From assembly GCA_000004985.1 (NCBI GenBank), contig GG738907.1: a stretch of 64,000 nt of DNA; one strand, given 5' to 3'. This document shows positions 56,752-64,000 of this stretch, in pieces (position 1 is the first letter of the stretch; each line of letters begins with the position of its first letter). The notes beneath the pieces are model-generated. The model was not told where the DNA came from and did not search any database. It saw nothing but the letters and a program-made list of their open reading frames with translations. Position numbers and translations under genes: made by a program. This DNA is from Naegleria gruberi. Lineage: Eukaryota.

Positions 56752-58871
56752 ATGAACAACATTGTTACGAGAATCCTTCTTCTCTATCACATCATCTTCT
56801 TTTCATATCTTATCTCTCTATCAATACAACAAACAATGATATCGATTGAACCGAGACAGAATTATGCTCTTTCATCAAAGGCCTTTCGATACGGATACTT
56901 TTATATGAGTTATGAAAAATTGGCATCCTCACAGGCTGGATTTAGAGTTTCCAAGAATGTAAACAATCCCACTTCGTTGAATTTGGATTATTTACCAACA
57001 GGTGATGGATACAATTCAAATTTTGATGATAGCACGGCTGTTGTTAGCTCTATAATCAAGTTGATACAATTTTCAAATCCGATTGATTATTATTTTGTCC
57101 TGTTTAATCCATCATTGAGTGAGACTAGTAATGTGACGATTCATTCAAAAATTGTGGAGACCTATAGACCTTTTTCATTGTCGAGCATGTATTTTACGTA
57201 TTTGCAAAAAGGAGAAATTGAAAAGACATCATGTCCTTCAACTATTTCTCCGTGCATTGATATTACTAATTCAAAGTTTTATATTTCTGTTAATCCATCT
57301 GATATTTCATCAGCTCAGTACAAGAATAATTATCCAGTTAATTTGGAAATTTATGTGCAATATTCAGCAAGTGCTGTTAATTCAAATGGTGAATTGATTT
57401 TAGATGCCACTTCACCTTTTACCACTATCTCTTTGAAATCATCACAAGATTCTGCATCTATCACTGTACCAGTTCCACAAGGAGTTTTACAAGTTACAAA
57501 TGCAAAAGATGTAAAGCCGTACTTGTGGTTTAAATGTTTAGATGCTAATTATATGTAGAGGCACCATGTTCTTTCGGATATACCATTACTAATACTCCTG
57601 CCACTGATTCGTCTAATTCATCAGCTGTTATTGGAATTATTGTTGGCATTGTAGCTGCCTTAATAGTATTGATTGTAATTCTCATTCTAATAGTTTTTGC
57701 TTTCTTTATGTATAGAGTTAAGAAGGCCAAGATTGGAAATAAGAAAGTTACAGATCCAAACGCAAACAATCATCAAACATTACAGCCTATTCAGCAAGTT
57801 GATCCTATAATTCAAAATAGACCTGTTATTAATATTGATTCAATTCCATCATACAAGTCAGATAATAGGTCAGATAATGGAGCACCCATTGCCTCCTATG
57901 TTCCTCTATCTAATACGGATTCGAAAACCTCAACCTTAACTGGACTCACCAATAGTTTCAATTCACCAATGGATTCAACACCAACCCCCACTCAGCCTCA
58001 AAGTGAACAAGGTGATTTATTGAATATGAGATACAAACCTATTGAAAAGATTGGAAATGGATCTTTTGGAATTTGTTTCCTTTGTCAAGACACAAAGAGA
58101 AATAATCAGCTAGTCGCTATTAAGGGGATTAATTTAGAAAGCAACGATCAAGAGAAGATTATTTCAGAACTTTCAAAATCGGCTACCATTCAACACCAAA
58201 GAATTGTGGAAGTTTATGAATTCTTTGTTTCCAAACAAATGAATGCATTCTGTCTTGTGATGAAATATTATAGTGGAGATTTGGAAAGATGTGTGTTGAA
58301 ATATGGAAAAATAATGCCAGAAATTGTTGTCATTCAGCTTTTGAAACAATTAGGAGAAGGTTTCGATTATCTTCACAGAGTAAAGCAAGTAGTTCATAGA
58401 GATGTGAAACCGAGAAATATATTTGTAAATAATTTTGATGAGCTGAATAATCAAATATCAGTTGTTATTGGAGATTTGGGTGAATCCAAAGAACTGTTTG
58501 TTCAAGAAAACACGATGAGAGGTACAGTTCTTTACATGGCTCCAGTAAGTATATTCTTAATTGATTTACATATTAAGCAATTTGTTTAGGAAGTATTTAT
58601 TGGAAAGTATGGATTCCCTGCTGATATTTTCTCATTGGGTGTCAGTCTTTATCATGTCATGGTTGGAATGAAAAACCTAAATGTGCCAATTGGTCAGCAA
58701 ATGCTAGCCAGCTCTGAACAGGAAATTAGTTCCAGAATGAGGGAAGAAATGCTGAAATTAGGATACAGTGATAAGCTTGTTGATTTTGTAATCTCCATGA
58801 TTCGTGTTAATCCTAATGATAGACCAACAGCAGAGCAAGTCAAAGCATTCACACCACTCGATTTGGCGTAA
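56752..58871 (+). CDS. receptor-like Ser/Thr protein kinase: N-glycosylated extracellular domain, TM helix, kinase domain split by one intron (kinase exons about 57560..58544 and 58590..58871); 1-nt frame break between ectodomain ORF and TM around 57540..57560
   Basis: Signal peptide MNNIVTRILLLYHIIFFSYLISLS. TM AVIGIIVGIVAALIVLIVILILIVFAFF. Kinase motifs IGNGSFGICF, VAIK, HRDVKPRN, DLG, APE (MAP|EVFIGKY via a 45-bp GTAAGT..TTAG intron). The ectodomain ORF ends ..CLDANYM* and the TM/kinase frame is open from YVEAPCSFGY, one base offset, with no usable GT..AG. Confidence 0.6.
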
Positions 58872-58946
58872 TGAAATGCAACAACAAGGATAGTTTTAAA
58901 TTATTTCAAATTTTTATTTCTGAAAAAAATTGAATCTTAGGTGATT

Positions 58947-60347
58947 TTACAAAACAGCAATCTTACCAACAAGAACTGCTGAATTGGTTGGTTCGTGGTG
59001 CAAAATAAAAGCAAATGGTCTATCCAAAACAAAATTAGAATCATCTTGTTCTCTTTCTTCAACAAGTTTGGCATTTTCTGGTGTGATTTCACCTTCAACA
59101 GTTCCTAATTCACTGAATTCAATAACAGTCTTGTGGAAAAACTCGTTTAATCTCCAGAATTCAGGGACTGTTGTTTCAGTTTGAGTTGGTGGTACTTCAA
59201 CAGGAGCAGTTTCATTGGTTTGAGTAGAGTTGACCTTCTTCTTCTTTGGTTCAACCTTTGGGAACAAGGAAGGTGCAGAAAATGTCTTGGCTCTCAATAA
59301 TCCAGAAATCTTGGACTTGGATTCAACTCTGAATTTTGGAATTGAAATCTTCTTGAAAAACTTTTCCTTAGTTGGGAATGAGCATGAAATACATCCAGAA
59401 TCCAATTGACGATTAACAAATCTATTAAATCTTTCTTCAGAATCACCATAAAGACTGAGAGCATCCTTTGGAACAATGAAAAGCATAGAATATGGAGCAT
59501 CCTTATATTTCAACTTGATCCATTGGAAGTTCTTTTGTTCTCCATGTTCAAATGATGAATTGTGTTGATTCATCATTTCAATTTCAATATATTCCACAAC
59601 ATCTTCATCAGCAGAGGAAATTACTCTGAACAATTCAATAGAAGTATCATTCAAATCGAATGGCTTTTCCCATTTTCCAACAAATAAACCAGTATCAGCA
59701 TAGATAGCTTGAGTAGCATTAGTAATAAAACCAGTTCCAATAAATGCAGTTGTTGTTTCATTATTCTTTTCAGAAATAATTCTATTCATCATCTTTCTAC
59801 TCTCATTAGCAGCTTCATCAGTTGTAAAATTACATGATTGAATAAGAAGATTCTTCATATAGAGATTATCCTTCTTAAAACCAGTCTTGGCAAGGAATTC
59901 CTCAGAGGCAAACAATGCAGGAGTCAAAATCAAACGTGCCTTTTCATCATTTAACATGTCAGTTTCATGTGAAAATTCAACAATTGATTGCATTGAATTC
60001 TTCAATTCACCCAAATTAAACTTGCTCAACAAGGTAGTCAATTCTCCTCTCTTTGGATCATCTTTTTCACATGCTTCCAAAATAACAGACAATGAATAAC
60101 CAAGTGAAATCGGAGAAAACATTACATTTTGAAAATGATCCATGATTGAATTGGTTATTAAATTACGCATAATTTTACCAGAAAGTTTAACATTTTCACT
60201 TCCAATTATTCTAGTTGGAGTTTCTAGATTTTCCACAATTGGAATGTTTGATTGTAAATTAATGTCAGCTTGAGATTTGATGCCAACAATTATACAACAA
60301 CAACATAGGAGGAAAAATGAGAGTTTGAGAGTAAATGATGTTGCCAT
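58947..60347 (-). CDS. serpin (serine-protease-inhibitor fold) with signal peptide, 466 aa
   Basis: C-terminus ..FVLDRPFAFILHHEPTNSAVLVGKIAVL matches the serpin signature (F..D.PFLF.I.H..T...LF.G.V). Signal peptide MATSFTLKLSFFLLCCCCIIVG. Confidence 0.8.
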   Translation of the reverse strand: MATSFTLKLSFFLLCCCCIIVGIKSQADINLQSNIPIVENLETPTRIIGSENVKLSGKIMRNLITNSIMDHFQNVMFSPISLGYSLSVILEACEKDDPKRGELTTLLSKFNLGELKNSMQSIVEFSHETDMLNDEKARLILTPALFASEEFLAKTGFKKDNLYMKNLLIQSCNFTTDEAANESRKMMNRIISEKNNETTTAFIGTGFITNATQAIYADTGLFVGKWEKPFDLNDTSIELFRVISSADEDVVEYIEIEMMNQHNSSFEHGEQKNFQWIKLKYKDAPYSMLFIVPKDALSLYGDSEERFNRFVNRQLDSGCISCSFPTKEKFFKKISIPKFRVESKSKISGLLRAKTFSAPSLFPKVEPKKKKVNSTQTNETAPVEVPPTQTETTVPEFWRLNEFFHKTVIEFSELGTVEGEITPENAKLVEEREQDDSNFVLDRPFAFILHHEPTNSAVLVGKIAVL

Positions 60348-60534
60348 TTTTTTTCGTAATCTTGTTAAAATTGATTCCGAATCATCATCTTTTTGATTAC
60401 ATCAAGTCACTAATCAAATTTCAATACCCATTAATTGGAAACAAAGTAAGATATTGTAGATACTTATCAACTACAATACTATATTAAACATTGACTGATA
60501 TGTTATGACAAATTTATTCAAAACATTAATGTAA

Positions 60535-60617
60535 CCGATGATAGCTCAGCTGGTAGAGCATGGGACTGTAGCAAGAAAAACTGTCATCCTGTGGCGGTTC
60601 GATTCCGTCTCATCGGA
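60535..60617 (+). tRNA. tRNA-Tyr(GUA)-like gene with an about 11-nt intron; anticodon stem imperfect
   Basis: CCGATGA TA GCTC AGCTGGTA GAGC A TGGGA CT GTA G [CAAGAAAAACT] G TCATC CTGT GGCGG TTCGATT CCGTC TCATCGG A. Acceptor, D and T arms are canonical and very like animal tRNA-Tyr. Intron follows position 37. The 27-31/39-43 pairing has two mismatches. Confidence 0.55.
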
Positions 60618-60643
60618 TCTTTTTAATGTTTTTGGTAATTTTC

Positions 60644-61135
60644 CTATTCCATTTTATTCTCTTCAGAGTTTCCAATAAGCAGAAATCCAATTCTAAAGAA
60701 CATGCAAATGAAAGTGAGTGGAATTTGCAATCCCAAACTTGTAAATAAGGCTCCCTCCGTTATTAAAACACAAGAAACATGCAAAAAGTCTCCAATCAAT
60801 AACATTCGCATAGTAACCTTAAACAAATGACAATTTGACCATTTTTTATCTTCTTGACTCTGTCTCAATTGATCACAACCACACAGGAGAAGATAATGAA
60901 TACCACCAAATGCTATCATCAACATTCCGATAAATCTCATCAGAAATGAAGTGCCAACCCGGATTGATGAATCTTTCAATACTTGCTCTAATAATTGTTG
61001 GTTGACAAAGGAATTTAATAAGAGTGGATTGGTTGGGAATAGGAAGAGTAATAGTCCGAAGAAAACTTCGAACAGGAAGGGTTCGGTCCAGATGAACATG
61101 ATAAACCACTTCATAAACAAACTATCTTTGGCCAT
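60644..61135 (-). CDS. hypothetical polytopic membrane protein (about 4 TM, 163 aa)
   Basis: ORF with four hydrophobic segments. No family recognised. Confidence 0.4.
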   Translation of the reverse strand: MAKDSLFMKWFIMFIWTEPFLFEVFFGLLLFLFPTNPLLLNSFVNQQLLEQVLKDSSIRVGTSFLMRFIGMLMIAFGGIHYLLLCGCDQLRQSQEDKKWSNCHLFKVTMRMLLIGDFLHVSCVLITEGALFTSLGLQIPLTFICMFFRIGFLLIGNSEENKME

Positions 61136-61207
61136 TTTTTTAATTTATTAGAATAATAAAAATTAATATTATAATATTGTAATATTAAATATTTAAATTA
61201 CAAAAAA

Positions 61208-62766
61208 ATGAGTAAACGAGCAAGGCTTTATAATTTAGTAAATCATGATGATGATTTATCCACCTGCTCATCAAAAAACAATTATTATTATTCGGAGGAG
61301 AATCAATTGGATAGTAGATGTGTAAATTATTCATTAGATATTGGTAATGCATCGGAAGAGGAGTGTGATGGTAGTGCTACTGAAGATGATCACAATCCAT
61401 ATTTGGATAGTGATGATAATGAACAGGAGGAGGAGGAACAAGATTTGGAATATGACATTCCGTTAGCTTTAAGATGTGATATTCATATTTGTCAGGAAGA
61501 GGAGAAGAAACATTTGAATCATCATTGAAAAAACAGAAATTTAATCATAACAATTCTACTCTAAATATTTCAATTGATCATTTTAATAATAATTGCACTG
61601 ATCACTTTAGTGACAGTAGTGATAATTCAATTAATATAGAGGAGATTCAATATTCATATTTTAAGAAAACAGGAATTTATTTGAAAGAGACTAGACCTAG
61701 ACTGTATGCCATAAAACTTGGATCAATAATTGTAATGGAAAAAATTAATGGAAAACTTTATAATTGTGAGGAGAATTATATGGTGGCAAAAATTGGATCG
61801 ACAGAACAATTGAATGATAAAAGGATAGACAAATTAATTGGTGGATTAGATACTTTGGGTCTTGGCCCTGAGCTTATTGACACTAAAATTATTTTCCCAA
61901 AAGGCATATCTTTAGCAAAATGGGAAGGTGATTGGAGGAGAGAATTAGCTCTATACACATTCTCAAAAGAAGATATGTTAGAATTAGGATTGAATGATCG
62001 TCTTGGTCCTTCTGAATATATATTAACCTATAGAGATATCAATACTGATGTAACTATTCAGAAACCCAAAAGAGAATTACATTTATTCAAGTCAACTCAA
62101 CAGGGGAAAATTTTATGGAAAACTACAAAAAACAATCGACACCACAGAAGCAAATTGGTAGAACCTGAACGATCATGCTCTCAATGCAATGAACTAGTGC
62201 CCAATAGTCATTTAGTTAGATGTCACTCATGCTGCCAAACATTGTGCAATAAGTGCTGTCTTCAATGTGATTGTTGTGATAATTTTTTCTGCATTAATTC
62301 ATCATGCAGTACCAAATGCGACATATGTGATATTTTGTATTGTAGTAATTGTGTTCCAAAATGTGAAGTATGCCATGAATTTTGCTGCTCTGAACACTGT
62401 TCAAACATTCTACCATGTGAATGCGGATATATTTGCAAAGATTGTGATGTGAAAAAACCAAAATACTGTCAAGAATGTCAAATTCCACTCTGTTCCAAAT
62501 GCTCAGTAAGATGTAGTGGATGTAAGGCTCTAGGATGTAAGGATTGTATAGCTAAATGCTCAAAATGTTTGGAAAGATTCTGCCCCAACTGTGGTATTGA
62601 ATCCTGTTACATTTGTGGAAGGGAAGTTTGTAAACACAATTGTTCTGAAATGATTTCAGAATGTCATTCTTGTGGTAATGAATGTTGCCATGATTGCACA
62701 AGCAAATACATCAAAAAGACACGATCCAATAAGATGGAAAGAACATGTACTGAATGTAAAAGCTAG
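61208..62766 (+). CDS. Cys-rich protein with about 10 tandem CxxC / zinc-ribbon-like modules in the C-terminal 200 aa; acidic N-terminal ORF (61208..61528) overlaps in another frame, so a possible 1-nt frame break near 61490..61530
   Basis: C-terminus CSQCNELVPNSHLVRCHSCCQTLCNKCCLQCDCCDNFFC..CDICDILYCSNCVPKCEVCHEFCCSEHC..CKDCDV..CQECQIPLCSKCSVRCSGCKALGCKDCIAKCSKCLERFCPNCG..CYICGREVCKHNCSE..CHSCGNECCHDCTS. The two ORFs overlap by 40 nt with no GT..AG bridge. Confidence 0.5.
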
Positions 62767-63344
62767 GATCTGTATTTAACTAGAGTGAGCCTTTCGCACT
62801 CTCTGATACCAAGATATGTTTTACAACTAACTGTACATGGGAATATATTAGGGTCATTCCTCCAACCAAATAGCTCAGCTCCAAGTTACTGCTTTCAATT
62901 TGCCTACCACAGCATTGTTTTACAACAATCATATAAGGTGTTACTATTATTCATGTAAGTGCAACAATTCAGTTCATTGGATGGACCATTCACACTACCT
63001 ACCGGAGTAGATGGCATAAGAAATGCAATTGAATTTTGATTGGAGGAGGATCAGGTTGCCACTATGTTGAAACCTCATCCACCACCTAACCAAGAAGAGG
63101 TGCATACAGGGGAGAATACGTTTCCACTTTGAAAAAAACATTCAACAGGAAAATCTGCACCTGTCGCTCTATTTCATCACCATTTTTGCCTGGCAGGAGA
63201 TTTTTTAAAGCAAGGCACCATCATCCTCTATGATGAGAGTAGAGAGAATTGTCAACAAAGATAATATCAATCAATTAATAATAACATCAATACACACGAA
63301 TAACAATTACTAGTATATTCAAACAATTTTGAGAGATTTGAAAA

Positions 63345-64000
63345 ATGTTTGGAACAAAAACAAAGGAGGAGGAAGAACAAGGTAGTAGTAGCATTACGAG
63401 CAAATTGTCATCATTGGCTAAAAAGATAAAGAAGAATGCTCTGTATAGAAAGTTGGTACCCAAGATACCAATGAGAGAAGAATTAAAATTGAGTGCGTGG
63501 GATAAATTCATCAAGGTTTGTACTTATTTCATAGTATTGTATTTATTGTATTTGAAATGCATTTCATAGTATCGTCGTTTCCCTTTCAAATTTTGTACTC
63601 ACATCATTTTGTTAGCATTGGTTACTGCCCAATTGTTCCTTTTTGCAGGTAATAGAGAAGATTACTTATCCAATGCTGGTAAAATTATTGCTAACAATTT
63701 CCTTCCTGAAGGATATCTATCAAGCAAGGATGCAAAGAATGGTTATAATACTTTTTATTTTGATAATTGTGCAGACATTGTTACACATATTGCTTGGACT
63801 GTTGGACAATATTATAGGTTGAAAGACAAGGCACCAACATATTTGGAATTAACAGGAAGAGATGGTCATGGTTCGTATTCTCTAAAACCACACGGAAATA
63901 CACCATTCATGACTGACAGAAAATCTAACAAATTCGGAGTGCAAAAATTATCAATTGGTCCAAGTGATAAACAACAATTACAGAATAGTATTAAGAAGCA
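63345..64000 (+). CDS. hypothetical type II / signal-anchored membrane protein, 2 exons (63345..63515 and 63570..64000+), 3' end beyond window
   Basis: Exon 1 MFGTKTKEEEEQGSSS..AWDKFIK|. The 54-bp GTTTGT..TCATAG intron. Exon 2 YRRFPFKFCTHIILLALVTAQLFLFAGNREDYLSNAGK..FYFDNCADIVTHIAWTVGQYYRL.. is open to the window end. Confidence 0.5.

Noticed and set aside
63226-63231. TGATGA (C-box-like) motif in the 62767..63340 GC-richer block as a possible C/D snoRNA
   Set aside because: No CTGA D-box at a compatible distance downstream, and no terminal stem.

Overview
AT-rich eukaryotic nuclear contig with two N-gaps (1972..2097, 34591..34640), so it is a draft assembly. The coding style points to a dictyostelid-like amoebozoan, but I cannot name the species. 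The evidence for that: AAT/CAA homopolymer tracts that give poly-Asn and poly-Gln, mostly TAA stops, short GT..AG introns (about 44 to 125 bp, many 44 to 70 bp), many secreted or GPI-anchored Cys-rich proteins, and RGG-box proteins. The standard genetic code fits, because long ORFs are only interrupted by TAA, TAG and TGA. I count about 40 protein-coding genes on both strands. Well-conserved ones include Rad51, Elongator subunit 2 (ELP2), a cytochrome P450, GH30 glucosylceramidase, METTL5, a METTL21-like methyltransferase, a serpin, BolA, an Alba protein, a translin-family protein, prefoldin and CCT-theta. Rad51, ELP2 and METTL5 are well conserved here, which makes several divergent genes stand out as real paralogues rather than fast evolution of the whole genome. 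The main outliers are a Ras-family GTPase with an F-box-like N-terminus and Q61I, an ARL-like GTPase with degenerate G3 and G4 motifs, and a uL11-family protein at only about 35 % identity. There are three tRNA loci. tRNA-Trp(CCA) lies on the minus strand, with an inverted 8-nt-deleted copy on the plus strand; the two copies, flanks included, bracket a 1.45 kb segment carrying one gene. The third is a tRNA-Tyr-like gene with a mismatched anticodon stem. A 2.6 kb ORF-free, GC-richer block carries three copies of a roughly 100-nt element, each ending in an oligo-T run. Several genes show single-base frame breaks or an in-frame TAA, which may be assembly indels or pseudogenes. All functional calls come from my own reading of motifs and alignments from memory; no database search was run.
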